From NCBI GenBank assembly GCA_046350775.1, contig JAXLZS010000001.1, forward strand, positions 287,930-351,929: a stretch of DNA of 64,000 bases. The letters run 5' to 3'. Positions within the stretch are counted from its first letter, which is position 1. Every line of letters starts with the position of its first letter. The translations under genes and the position numbers were made by a program. Below the pieces are notes generated by a model that was not told where the DNA came from, searched no databases, and saw nothing but the letters and a program-made list of their open reading frames with translations. The DNA is from Minisyncoccota bacterium. Lineage in GTDB: Bacteria > Patescibacteriota > Minisyncoccia > Phycocordibacterales > UBA5272. Of the stretch, positions 17,801-26,810 are shown in pieces.

Positions 17801-18168
17801 AAGAATTAATTGGCTGCTATGTCTCTGGATCACCTCTCGATAAATGGAGAGATAAATTAGAGACTAGAAATGTAAATATAAAAAATATATTAGATGATGC
17901 AAACCCTGATGTAGCTGAAAATAAAAACATTCGCCTCCCATCTCTCATAGAAAAAATAAAAGTCACCAAAACTAAAAACGGTGATCAGATGGCTCTAGTT
18001 AAAATATCAGATCTCTCTGGACAATTTGAAGTGGCTGTCTTTCCAAAAATTTATAAGAATTTAAAAAACAAATTAATACTAAACACACCTCTGATTTTCG
18101 TGGGAAAAGTAGCTAGTAAAAACGGAGAGAAGACAATGGTAGTAGATAGTATCGAAGAGATGAAATAA
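14845..18168 (+). CDS. dnaE: DNA polymerase III alpha subunit
   Basis: N-terminal PHP domain (HLRTHSHYSIL), polymerase core motifs, and a 1107-aa length. Confidence 0.9.
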   Translation: MQNETLENEAKTKEITEQETPFIHLRTHSHYSILKSLPQIKQLVKKALEFKMPYLALTDYNNMYGAIEFYKACKDKNIKPILGAEIDFRTENNLKKKYKLVFLAKNEKGYKSLMKLVSLAQIKDRLDPHVDLKMLRENFNQDSGLVVLSGAQDGEISDSLARADFDGAKKILENFENIFGEDGFYLELSPQNNFDYAEEIKENTIKFVKDITKKEKQLIFTQNSHYLTESDRAAHRVIFNIHGEIEDVELYQNKFNKADYSFIDTKKAKELAKKIGSEKYNLENQNIDIIRNTFDLAESLKCEIELGKWHFPDIAKDYQEELDKGKTLDDVLERLAMEGIEKRKISDERKDEVIERLKYELDIIKTKGYAPYFLVVYDMLKYASDNGILTNIRGSVAGSMTTYLLRITKCDPLIYQIPFERFLNPERPSAPDIDMDYADDRRDEMIDYVRGKYGEDNVAQIGTFGTMLARGAVKDAARAMKYPYSLGDKISKMIPMPKQGFPVFIDGAIEEVEDLKKLYETEREVQIILDMAKQVEGLVRHIGVHAAGVVIAPEAISNYSPIQWDPKGEGKIITQYDMHSVDENNAGLLKFDFLGIRNLTILKTAINLAKERYGVEIDIEEIDLEDKNTFNILSHGETMGLFQLNGSGMTKFLKDLKPSTIYDINAMVALYRPGPINNIPVYIERKHNPKLVSYLYDDKNLKEILEKTFGVLVYQDDLLLMSIKIAGYSWGEADKFRKAVGKKIPEEMQKQKERFINGCVNHSKWPLAKAEELWHWIEPFAAYGFNKAHSASYGRVAYQTAFMKANYPIAFMTAILTEESGDIDKISEIVSECRRMKIEVLPPNVNYSMGGFSIVENLNDPKYKEAIRFGLYTIKNLGGNIADAIINEREKNGKYKNLEDFIARITHKDLNKKSLESLIMCGAMDDFGERKELLYNVDHLLEYHKTHVKDNKSQNNIFDMFTDNTSSFTLKKCPPATQTEKLNWEKELIGCYVSGSPLDKWRDKLETRNVNIKNILDDANPDVAENKNIRLPSLIEKIKVTKTKNGDQMALVKISDLSGQFEVAVFPKIYKNLKNKLILNTPLIFVGKVASKNGEKTMVVDSIEEMK

Positions 18169-18191
18169 AAAATGTATTTATTTCTTAAAAA

Positions 18192-19583
18192 CTAATTCTT
18201 TTCTTGCCAGATTTTGTCCTGTCTTACCAGATCAATATTAGAGTCATGATTTTCAGCCAAAATCATTTTTACCACTCTCTCCATTCTTGAGCCTTGAGAG
18301 CCTTTCACAAATATCAAATCTCCACCGACCTCTTTTTCATTCTTTCCCAGTTTATAATCTCCCTCGACTTCTCTTTCTAAGATTCTAAGCAATTCCTTTC
18401 CGGCTTCTATGCTATTGTTTGTAGCAAAAACATTTTCAGGAGACATACCATTTTTTATTGCTGTGCTAGATATAATATTAGCCCTGATACCAGAAGTGAT
18501 CAATATATCGCAATTTCCCACAACCAACTCCCCTATTCTTTCATGTTCACTCTTTGTAAAATCACCAAGCTCTAGCATATCACCCAAGACGACTATCTTC
18601 TTTCCAGTCGGTTTTATCTTTTTTATTGTTTCTATACCATGTTCTACGGCTTTTGGAGAAGAATTGTAGGTGTCGTCTACTATGACAGAATTGTAAATAC
18701 CGTCGAGCACTCTCATCCTGCCATTTGTCCTTTTTGTTTTTTCTATTTCATTTATAGCTTTATCTATATCAATATTTAAAATCTCTGATATTAATATGCT
18801 TGGTAAAACAGAATAAATGACAGCATCCCCAAGAGATCCCCTCATATTTATTTTTGTAAATTTTCCGGATTTTAGATTTAATTTAGCTGAGATACCATTT
18901 ATTTTCAAAATTTTATTATCATCTTGATGTGTATCAATACTTATATCACTAGCACAAATGTCTGCAGACTTATCCTTAATAGAAAAGGATTTTAGTTTTA
19001 TGTTTCTAGAACTATTTTCTTCTGCTATTTTTCTACAGTCTTCATCATCAAGATTATAAATAAAGGTACCGCCTTCTTTTATAGCTTCGACAAGATATTT
19101 TTTTTCTCTTACTAATCTACTTCTGTCTCCACCAAAAAACTCAATATGTACAGGGACTTTCGCAAAGCCAGTCAAGACAGTTATGTCAGGCTTTATATAT
19201 TTGCAGACATTTTTTATATCATTTGGTGAGTCAGCTCCGACTTCTAACACTAAATATTTAAAAACATTTTTATCAAACATTTTTACAAATCCAGAAAATA
19301 CTATTTTTATCCAAAGAAAAAGATTATTCCATCCGCTTGGTAATTCTAATATTGTGAGAGGTATACCAAATTCACTATTCATACTCTTTTTACTTGAAAC
19401 AACAAGAGACTCTCCATGAGAATCTAATAAATTATTTTTCAAAGCAGCATAAATAAAATCCTTTGTAGAAGTCTTGCCAAGATTACCTGTGATGGCTATG
19501 ACCGTAGGATTATTCTTCTTTAATAAGAATTTAGCTTGAAATGTTATTATTGTTAAAACGATTTTTTTAAAAATATCTTTCAT
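18192..19583 (-). CDS. murF: Mur ligase family protein, most likely UDP-MurNAc-pentapeptide synthetase MurF
   Basis: ATP-binding VIAITGNLGKTSTKD and DDTYNSSP (compare MurF DDSYNANP). Confidence 0.7.
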   Translation of the reverse strand: MKDIFKKIVLTIITFQAKFLLKKNNPTVIAITGNLGKTSTKDFIYAALKNNLLDSHGESLVVSSKKSMNSEFGIPLTILELPSGWNNLFLWIKIVFSGFVKMFDKNVFKYLVLEVGADSPNDIKNVCKYIKPDITVLTGFAKVPVHIEFFGGDRSRLVREKKYLVEAIKEGGTFIYNLDDEDCRKIAEENSSRNIKLKSFSIKDKSADICASDISIDTHQDDNKILKINGISAKLNLKSGKFTKINMRGSLGDAVIYSVLPSILISEILNIDIDKAINEIEKTKRTNGRMRVLDGIYNSVIVDDTYNSSPKAVEHGIETIKKIKPTGKKIVVLGDMLELGDFTKSEHERIGELVVGNCDILITSGIRANIISSTAIKNGMSPENVFATNNSIEAGKELLRILEREVEGDYKLGKNEKEVGGDLIFVKGSQGSRMERVVKMILAENHDSNIDLVRQDKIWQEKN

Positions 19584-19598
19584 AATATTTTAATTATA

Positions 19599-22208
19599 CT
19601 ATTTTCTTAGATATTCATATTCTTTACATTCACATTTTTTTACTTTTTTGCCACTTCCGCAAGGACACGGATCATTTCTGCCGATCTTGTGCTCTTCTTG
19701 ATTATTAGAATCGGAAATAGTGCTATTTTTCATTTGAGAATTTTGTAAGATTTTTTGTGCCTCCATATTTGCTATCACATTATCAATATGTGTGATGAAA
19801 TTATAGAAATCCTCTTTGATTTTATCTTGCATAGCACGATAAGTAGCAAGAGCTTCTTTTTTATATTCCACAAGAGGATCTCTTTGACCGTAGGCACGGA
19901 GATTCACTGATTGACGAATATGATCCATATGTTCAAGATGGGCCATAAAGTATTGATCTACTATCTGTAAATAAATATTTCTTAAAACACTGTACAATAT
20001 ATCTTTGCTATATTTAGATATTTTCTCTTCGATAAAATCTTTTATTTCTGGTTTTACTTCGTAAATTTCAGATATAATATTTTCTAATTCATCTTCTTGA
20101 TTGAGCAATACTTTTCTGCGTCTTTCATAGATACTTTGTCTTTGATGATTAAGAACATCGTCATATTGGAGAGTGTGCTTTCTGGCGTCAAAATGGAATC
20201 CTTCTATCTTTTCTTGTGCACTTTCTAACACATTAGATACGACTTTGGATTTGATTGGCATATCTTCTGGAATACCAAATTTATTCATCATGTTTTTTAC
20301 TCCTGATCCACCAAATACACGCATAAGATCATCTTCAAGTGAAACAAAAAATTGAGTAGCTCCATTATCTCCTTGTCTTCCAGCACGACCACGAAGCTGA
20401 TTGTCTATACGTCTAGCCTCATGCCTCTCTGTACCGATCACAAATAAACCACCAAGAGCGTTTATTTCTTCTTTCTCGGCTTCGCTAGCATTTGGTCCTC
20501 CAAGTTTAATATCGACTCCACGTCCAGCAAGATTTGTAGCTATAGTCACAGCATGTCTTTTGCCAGCGCCAGCAATTATTTCTCCTTCTTTTTCATGATT
20601 TTTTGCATTCAAAATAGTATGAGGAATGTTTTCCCTTTCTAGATATTTAGAAACCAGTTCATTTTTTTCTATAGATATAGTACCTATCAAAATTGGCTGA
20701 CCTTTTTCAAATAAAGACTTTACTTCTCTTGTGAGAGCTTGAAGTTTTCCTTTTTCTGTCTGAAAAATTAAGTCTTGCCTATCATCACGAACCACTTTAC
20801 GATGAGTCGGTATTGTAGAGACAGATATGTTGTAAACTTTAAAAAACTCTTCCTCAGAGGTCTTTGCTGTACCGCTCATACCTGAGAGTTTTTTATAAAA
20901 TCTAAAATAATTTTGGAAAGTTATACTGGCGATAGTCTTTGATTCTTTTTGAATAGGAACATTTTCTTTAGCCTCTATAGCTTGATGTAGACCATCACTC
21001 CATCTTCTTCCAGGCTGCATTCTTCCTGTAAACTCATCCACTATTATCACCTCTTTTTGATTTTGACCATTTTCTTTTTGAACATCTTTGATCACATATT
21101 GTTTTTCTTTAATAAATAAAGATCTTGCTCTGACAGCTGTCTCAAGATGATGAATTAATTTTAGATTTTCAGATGCATAAAAATTTTGCAAATTAAATTC
21201 TTTTTCTGCTTTTTCTATGCCAGGAGACAGCATAGATATAGCCTTTTGTTTTTCATCTACATCAAAATCTTCACCCTCTACCAATTTATCAGCAAATCTC
21301 GCAAATCTTTTGTATAGCTCATCACTGTCTGTAGCTTCAGAAGAAATAATAAGAGGAGTCCTAGATTCGTCTATTAAAATAGAGTCTACCTCATCTACAA
21401 TTGCAAAGTTGTGACCTCTCTGGACAAGTTGATCTTCATTATAGACGAGATTGTCACGCAAATAATCAAAACCAAATTCATTGTTTGTACCGTATGTGAT
21501 ATCAGCATTATAAGCTTCCCTACGAGAGACCATTTTTAGATATTCATTTTCCACTTTATAGCTACCTTCTTCTTTAATTTCAGTATCATCTATTTTCTCT
21601 TTTTCTTGATCGATTTTACCAACAGAGTCTCTATCAAAAATATATGAAACTTGATGATTTAGCACAGATACAGACAATCCTAGCATGTCATATACTCTAC
21701 CCATCCATACAGCGTCTCTTTTTGAAAGATAATCGTTGACCGTGACAACATGCACACCCTTTCCAGAAAGAGCATTAAGGTAGGCCGGCAAAGTAGCCAC
21801 AAGAGTCTTTCCTTCTCCTGTACGCATCTCAGCAATATGACCACGATGCATCATGATACCGCCTATTATTTGGACTGGATAATGCATCATATTGAGAGTT
21901 CTTCTGGCTGCCTCACGAGCAAGAGCAAAAGCTAAAACAAGATTATTGTCCAAAATATCTTGTACTATTTTTTGATTTTCTTTTTTATATTCAATACTGT
22001 CAAGATTTTTAGCTTTAAGAATATCCTCTTCTATCTTTATCTGATCCATTACTTTTGTCTTTAAATCAAGACCTCTCTGTCTCAATTCTGCATCATTAAG
22101 AGATTTTAATTCTTCCTCTAAAGCCAAAACTTCGTCCACGATCGGTGAAAGTTTTTTAATTAGCTTCTCATCATCTGATTTAAAAAATTTGTTTAAAAAA
22201 TTAGCCAT
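19599..22208 (-). CDS. secA: preprotein translocase ATPase SecA
   Basis: DEAD-like motor motifs, an 869-aa length, and a C-terminal zinc finger CPCGSGKKVKKC. Confidence 0.95.
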   Translation of the reverse strand: MANFLNKFFKSDDEKLIKKLSPIVDEVLALEEELKSLNDAELRQRGLDLKTKVMDQIKIEEDILKAKNLDSIEYKKENQKIVQDILDNNLVLAFALAREAARRTLNMMHYPVQIIGGIMMHRGHIAEMRTGEGKTLVATLPAYLNALSGKGVHVVTVNDYLSKRDAVWMGRVYDMLGLSVSVLNHQVSYIFDRDSVGKIDQEKEKIDDTEIKEEGSYKVENEYLKMVSRREAYNADITYGTNNEFGFDYLRDNLVYNEDQLVQRGHNFAIVDEVDSILIDESRTPLIISSEATDSDELYKRFARFADKLVEGEDFDVDEKQKAISMLSPGIEKAEKEFNLQNFYASENLKLIHHLETAVRARSLFIKEKQYVIKDVQKENGQNQKEVIIVDEFTGRMQPGRRWSDGLHQAIEAKENVPIQKESKTIASITFQNYFRFYKKLSGMSGTAKTSEEEFFKVYNISVSTIPTHRKVVRDDRQDLIFQTEKGKLQALTREVKSLFEKGQPILIGTISIEKNELVSKYLERENIPHTILNAKNHEKEGEIIAGAGKRHAVTIATNLAGRGVDIKLGGPNASEAEKEEINALGGLFVIGTERHEARRIDNQLRGRAGRQGDNGATQFFVSLEDDLMRVFGGSGVKNMMNKFGIPEDMPIKSKVVSNVLESAQEKIEGFHFDARKHTLQYDDVLNHQRQSIYERRRKVLLNQEDELENIISEIYEVKPEIKDFIEEKISKYSKDILYSVLRNIYLQIVDQYFMAHLEHMDHIRQSVNLRAYGQRDPLVEYKKEALATYRAMQDKIKEDFYNFITHIDNVIANMEAQKILQNSQMKNSTISDSNNQEEHKIGRNDPCPCGSGKKVKKCECKEYEYLRK

Positions 22209-22444
22209 AAATAATAAGGGTTTTGTGTTGTTTATATATTATCAGTTTAAAAACGTTAGTTTATTTTAACATAAAATCATTTTTTTTGCTCGAAGGTTAA
22301 GGGATTTGATTTTTTCTAAATCGTGATATAATTTAGTCAGTCAAGTATTGAATTTTGAAAAACCAAGATAGATCTCAAAAATTGAAAGTTGGATCTTAAT
22401 GCTGACAAAAGCAAAAAGAGTCCAACTTTTTTATTCTCTAAATT

Positions 22445-23146
22445 TTAATATTGGTCGACCCTTTTTATACCAAGTTCTGGTATGGAGATATTATCATCTG
22501 TCTCTACTATGAATTCTAAACATCTGACGGCCTGATATACATCTATATATTTTTTAGTTTGCTTTTTATTGCCAGCTTTTTCAAAAAAATGAGTATTCAT
22601 CTTGTCTGGATAAAATCCTGATACAGATATATTGTGTGGAGACACTTCTATAGCTAAAGAATCAACAAATCCTCTGACAGCATATTTACTAGCATGATAG
22701 ACACTTCTTTCGGCTTTTCCATAAAGACCAGCTTGTGAGACTACATTTATAATCTTTCCAGATTTTACTCTCTTCATATATGGGATGACTTTTTGGGTAA
22801 GCAATATATATCCGAGCACATTCACATCAAAAACTTTTTTTATTCTTTCAAAATTATTTTCTTCTACTTTTCCCTCAATCCAGATACCAGCATTGTTAAT
22901 TAATACATCTATCCTTCCATATTTTTTGATAATATCTTTTACAGCTTTTTCTATTTCATTTTCTTTAGTGACATCAGCCACCACATAGTCAATATCAAAA
23001 TATTTTTTAATATCTAGTAATTTTTCTTTTTCACATGACAAGATTATGACTGTATGATTTTCAGATAGAGTGCGCGCGGTAGCCAGACCTAGACCGTCTG
23101 AGCCACCAGAAATCAAGATAATTTTTTCTGAGACTTTTTTATTCAT
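22445..23146 (-). CDS. short-chain dehydrogenase/reductase (SDR) family oxidoreductase
   Basis: Gly-rich ISGGSDGLG and catalytic YHASK. Confidence 0.8.
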   Translation of the reverse strand: MNKKVSEKIILISGGSDGLGLATARTLSENHTVIILSCEKEKLLDIKKYFDIDYVVADVTKENEIEKAVKDIIKKYGRIDVLINNAGIWIEGKVEENNFERIKKVFDVNVLGYILLTQKVIPYMKRVKSGKIINVVSQAGLYGKAERSVYHASKYAVRGFVDSLAIEVSPHNISVSGFYPDKMNTHFFEKAGNKKQTKKYIDVYQAVRCLEFIVETDDNISIPELGIKRVDQY

Positions 23147-23199
23147 AATAAAATTATATCATTTATTTTTTCTTAGATTATGATATAATCCACATGTTT

Positions 23200-23272
23200 G
23201 CGCGGTTAGCTCAGTTGGTAGAGCGCTACATTGACGTTGTAGATGTCACAGGTTCGAATCCTGTATCGCGCA
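23200..23272 (+). tRNA. tRNA-Val (anticodon GAC)
   Basis: GCGCGGTTAGCTCAGTTGGTAGAGCGCTACATTGACGTTGTAGATGTCACAGGTTCGAATCCTGTATCGCGCA. It has a TATAAT -10 upstream (23183-23188), and CCA is not encoded. Confidence 0.85.
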
Positions 23273-23279
23273 CAAAAAT

Positions 23280-23801
23280 TTAATCAAAAATAATTCTTTC
23301 TCCATTTTCAAAAATAATTTTCTTTTTATTTTTTGAAAATAAAAACTTATAATAAGAACCAAATTTTCTATTTTTTAGATAATTATGATTTCTGTCATTT
23401 TGATGAGCCTCTTGTTCTCCACTTAAAAAGTAATAAGCTTCCCATTTTGGCATCTTTTTTATATATCTAGCATAAACATACTGAACCGAAGTAATTATAA
23501 TCAATCCAAAAATTAAAGTTTCCAGATATTGATATATGTGAATACTTTCATGATTAATATAATCTTTATTATTTAAGATCTTCTCATCCCTCACAAAGAT
23601 AAAGGGAAATAGAGTTACTCCTCCTATAGGAACACCAAATATTTTTGCTGTAATTTTACAGATCAAAGGAGAAATTATAACTGGGATTTTATTTTTTAAA
23701 TAAATTTTCATATTTTTACTCAAAATCTTTGCGATGTTCTTCAATTTTTGCTTCAATACCTGATATATAAAGATTGTCATTAGCAGCAATAAGTTCGCCA
23801 A
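23280..23801 (-). CDS. small membrane protein with an HExxH motif (possible zincin-like metallopeptidase); start ambiguous
   Basis: HESIH within FIFVRDEKILNNKDYINHESIHIYQ, with flanking hydrophobic segments. The start may be the internal MKIYLKNK, because another frame (DHH-like remnant) overlaps the annotated N-terminus. Confidence 0.35.
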   Translation of the reverse strand: MANLLLLMTIFIYQVLKQKLKNIAKILSKNMKIYLKNKIPVIISPLICKITAKIFGVPIGGVTLFPFIFVRDEKILNNKDYINHESIHIYQYLETLIFGLIIITSVQYVYARYIKKMPKWEAYYFLSGEQEAHQNDRNHNYLKNRKFGSYYKFLFSKNKKKIIFENGERIIFD

Positions 23802-24175
23802 TGAAACTCATTTTAAGTCCAATACGTTCCATTATCTGACTGAGCGCGGAAGGTTTATTCGCCTTTTCACCATGATGATCTATGTCAACAATATTTCCAT
23901 TTTCCGCTCCTGCAAGTTCAATTGCTATAGGTGTTTTATCTCACTTAATATCTTCTCAATTTCATCTTTGTAGTATTCTAATTTTGCTCCCCACTTTAAA
24001 TTTTTGTCTTCATATTTTTGTCCTGAACGACTTAACCTTTTCTTTATTTGGTGCATTTCTAAATCAGAGCCACCGATTAGATAGACATCTTTTTTTTCAG
24101 AATTAGAATTTTCTATATTATGCTTTTCTATAAGAAATACATGCGAATCTAAATAAAAAAATTATAACTTTTTAA
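23802..24175 (-). pseudogene. frameshifted and truncated remnant of a DHH-family phosphoesterase-like gene
   Basis: My minus-strand translation gives ...KKDVYLIGGSDLEMHQIKK... then, after a 1-nt frame change in an A4 run, ...NGNIVDIDHHGEKANKPSALSQIME...LYISGIEA...*. DVYLIGGSDLEMHQIKK aligns with EVYFIDFCLKENELKK of the intact DHH gene at 4781-5677, and both have IDHH. There is no Met-initiated ORF of at least 60 aa. Confidence 0.3.
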
Positions 24176-24178
24176 AAT

Positions 24179-24640
24179 TTATTCCTTCTCCAATTTTTTA
24201 ATGTTTACTGGTTTACTCTTAAAAGTATGATAGACGCCTCCTTGAGTTCGAACTTTCTCTACGAGTTTTGCCTCAAATTCTACAAGAAACAATTCATTTT
24301 GGAATGAATAAACAACAGTTGCTCTTTCTTTAAAATTTTCTTCTCCTTCATAAAAAGCTTGTGGTTTTCGAAATTTTCCTCTTCCTTGATAATTACCATT
24401 AACTACCCACTCATCTGTTAGTGAACTAAATATCATTTGCCCGTTTAAAAGAACCACGTCTGTCAATTCTTCTTTTGAGATTTTCATAGACTCTAGTTTT
24501 TCATTATCATTTTCCTTCTTTTCAAATTCTTCCGTACTTTTTACTTTATTATGATTTTCTAAATTATTGTTTTTCCCAGTGTTTCCTGCACTATCTTTCT
24601 CATCAGATGATCTTTGTAATTTATTCTTAAATATTTCCAT
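24179..24640 (-). CDS. hypothetical protein (charged N-terminus, conserved-looking C-terminal ~100 aa)
   Basis: 153-aa ORF with no recognisable motif. An (AT)10 tract lies in its upstream region. Confidence 0.4.
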   Translation of the reverse strand: MEIFKNKLQRSSDEKDSAGNTGKNNNLENHNKVKSTEEFEKKENDNEKLESMKISKEELTDVVLLNGQMIFSSLTDEWVVNGNYQGRGKFRKPQAFYEGEENFKERATVVYSFQNELFLVEFEAKLVEKVRTQGGVYHTFKSKPVNIKKLEKE

Positions 24641-24688
24641 ATAATATATTAAATTTATTAATTATTTATTAATATATTAAGTCTATCA

Positions 24689-24708
24689 ATATATATATAT
24701 ATATATAT
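24689..24708. repeat. (AT)10 dinucleotide microsatellite in the promoter region of the 24179-24640 gene
   Basis: Read directly; located about 50-70 bp upstream of the minus-strand start codon at 24640. Confidence 0.8.
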
Positions 24709-24740
24709 CAATCTTTACAAAAAATAAAAATATTTCTAAA

Positions 24741-24775
24741 TAAAAAGCCCTACCACTTTCGTGGTAGGGCAAATT
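24741..24775 (-). terminator. rho-independent terminator for the rlmH operon
   Basis: The minus strand reads GCCCTACCAC-GAAA-GTGGTAGGGC followed by TTTTTA: a perfect 10-bp stem with a GAAA loop. Confidence 0.8.
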
Positions 24776-24904
24776 CAGAATAAAGTCGTCTCAGTCTGTC
24801 CTTTCGGATTTTGTAAAGCTTTTTTGATTTTTAAAATCTCAAGCTACGAGACATATTATCAGAACTAAATGTAGTTTAGCACGTTTTATAAACTATTGCA
24901 AATC

Positions 24905-25378
24905 CTACTCATGATGATACTTTCCGTTTTTTAAAATGGAAACACAGCGATAAATCTGCTCTATCAATATCACTCTCACAAGTTGATGAGGAAAAACAAG
25001 TTTTGATAAGCTTAAAACAAAATCAGATTTTTTAAAGATATCTTCTGAGACACCAAAGGCTCCACCGATTATAAAAATAATTTTCTCTATACCTTCATTC
25101 ATTTTTTCCTCAAAAAGATTAGTTAGGTCTTTTGTGCTTTTTTCTTTTCCATTTTCATCTAGTAAAATCACAAAACTATTTTTACTAGCTTTTTCTAAAA
25201 TTTCAAGAATCTTTTCACTTTCTTTCCTGATTTGCACTTCTTTATTATTGTCATCAATACTATTTAAAATAGTCCACTCCAGATCAAAATGAGCTTTGAT
25301 TCTTTTTTCAAAGTCTTTTATAAAATCTTCAAGATTTTTATCATGCTTTTTACCAATTGTGATGATTTGAAATTTCAT
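24905..25378 (-). CDS. rlmH: 23S rRNA (pseudouridine1915-N3)-methyltransferase RlmH (SPOUT)
   Basis: 157 aa. The C-terminus HQLVRVILIEQIYRCVSILKNGKYHHE matches RlmH ([27 protein letters not shown]). Confidence 0.85.
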   Translation of the reverse strand: MKFQIITIGKKHDKNLEDFIKDFEKRIKAHFDLEWTILNSIDDNNKEVQIRKESEKILEILEKASKNSFVILLDENGKEKSTKDLTNLFEEKMNEGIEKIIFIIGGAFGVSEDIFKKSDFVLSLSKLVFPHQLVRVILIEQIYRCVSILKNGKYHHE

Positions 25379-25380
25379 AA

Positions 25381-26274
25381 TTATTTTTTAATATAAAAGT
25401 CTTTTCCTAAAATCTTTTTTAATTCTTCTGCTTTTTTCTTACTTCTTGAAATAATTAATTTATTATTAGATCTTTGAGAAATAATTTTTTCTAAAATATT
25501 TTTTTCTGTATCTCTAAAATCTTTTGCTTCTATAAAAAATTTATCTATTTCTTTTGTAATATTTTTATCTATATAAATCTCAGTAATATAATCACCTATC
25601 ACACAAACATAATAATTATCTTTTTTAATAGAAAATTTTGTATCAATATTAAATTGATAATATTCATTCCCTAAAATATTTTTTGCTTTTCTGTCTAAAT
25701 AATCATCATGTGATACCGTTAAAAATATTTGGCGTGATTTATTTTTTGTAGAATGTATAACTCCTTCATCTGTATCCTTTCTTACATAAGTAAACCAATT
25801 ATGAGGATTATAAAAATAAATAGGGTTTTTTGAATCTATTATTTCATTTAACATATAAAACACATGGGTCCAAAAAGAATCTAATTGATTTAGATCTTTG
25901 AATTTATAAATTATTTTCTCTTTTTCTACCAAACCAAGAAAATTATTGTAATTAGAAATTTGAGGAAGATAATAATATTGAGCTAAATTATAAAAATTAT
26001 TCATCTTTTTTATATAGTGAAGATTTAAAGAAACATTTTTATTATGAATAATTATTTTTTCTTCTTTTGCAAGCTTTCGCAAGACTCTATATACTCCCTG
26101 CTTGGTACTACTCTTTCTTTCTTTGGAGATTTCTTTTATTAGATTTACAGAAGAAATAGAACCTTTTTGTAAAAATTCTAAAACTAATTCTTCTATGGAT
26201 TTATCTTTGTTTTTAATAGTTATTTCTTTTTTCATTATATATAATCTATCATAAAATATATACAAAGTAAACAA
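25381..26274 (-). CDS. putative DNA-binding protein (N-terminal winged-helix-like segment) of unknown function, translationally coupled to rlmH
   Basis: N-terminal ...SISSVNLIKEISKERKSSTKQGVYRVLRKLAKE... is wHTH-like. Its stop codon lies 2 nt from the rlmH start. Confidence 0.4.
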   Translation of the reverse strand: MFTLYIFYDRLYIMKKEITIKNKDKSIEELVLEFLQKGSISSVNLIKEISKERKSSTKQGVYRVLRKLAKEEKIIIHNKNVSLNLHYIKKMNNFYNLAQYYYLPQISNYNNFLGLVEKEKIIYKFKDLNQLDSFWTHVFYMLNEIIDSKNPIYFYNPHNWFTYVRKDTDEGVIHSTKNKSRQIFLTVSHDDYLDRKAKNILGNEYYQFNIDTKFSIKKDNYYVCVIGDYITEIYIDKNITKEIDKFFIEAKDFRDTEKNILEKIISQRSNNKLIISRSKKKAEELKKILGKDFYIKK

Positions 26275-26382
26275 GTTGTTTAAATATGTATATAAAATAC
26301 AGCTTTTTTAGACAAAAATATCCATTTATTATTTAATATAACAAGTAAAAATATTTGTTCACTAAAAATAAAACAAGACAAA

Positions 26383-26799
26383 ATGAAAAAAGGATACTTT
26401 ATTCAAATGTTGGTGTTGGAGCATGAATTTACATCTTTTGGTGAAATGTACAATTTTGACTTTAACACAATTGACTGGATTAATTGGTTAAATAATGAAA
26501 ACATCAATCAAGTTTTCTGTGAAGATGAGCAACAACTAAAGCAATTTATTAATCAAAAAATTAATGAGAATTGTATTGCTGGTCCTTTTGTAAAGGCAAA
26601 AGGGCTCAAAAAGCTAATCAATAGGGATTATGGAGATCAAATACCAACGGAAAATATGATTAATGATCAAATTCCTAAAATGATAAGAGATTATCTAGTC
26701 GGTTGTATTTTCAAACCTGACAGCTCTTCTACTTTTGGATTTTTAATCACTGAAGGAATTATTTTGGAAAAGAAAATGTATTTATTAAATCACAATTAA
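26383..26799 (+). CDS. hypothetical protein
   Basis: 138-aa ORF divergent from 25381-26274; no motif recognised. Confidence 0.4.
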   Translation: MKKGYFIQMLVLEHEFTSFGEMYNFDFNTIDWINWLNNENINQVFCEDEQQLKQFINQKINENCIAGPFVKAKGLKKLINRDYGDQIPTENMINDQIPKMIRDYLVGCIFKPDSSSTFGFLITEGIILEKKMYLLNHN

Positions 26800-26810
26800 A
26801 ATTTACAACT

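Noticed and set aside
22384-22436. Hairpin AGTTGGA...TCCAACT with a T-run downstream of the SDR gene, as a possible terminator.
   Set aside because: The loop is about 27 nt, too long for a confident intrinsic terminator, so it is left unannotated.
24771-24904. Tested whether the long rlmH 3' region is an SRP (4.5S) RNA.
   Set aside because: It contains CCGAAAGGACAGAC but lacks the conserved AGCAG/GGAA helix-8 motif arrangement. It is kept only as an unclassified sRNA candidate in the findings.
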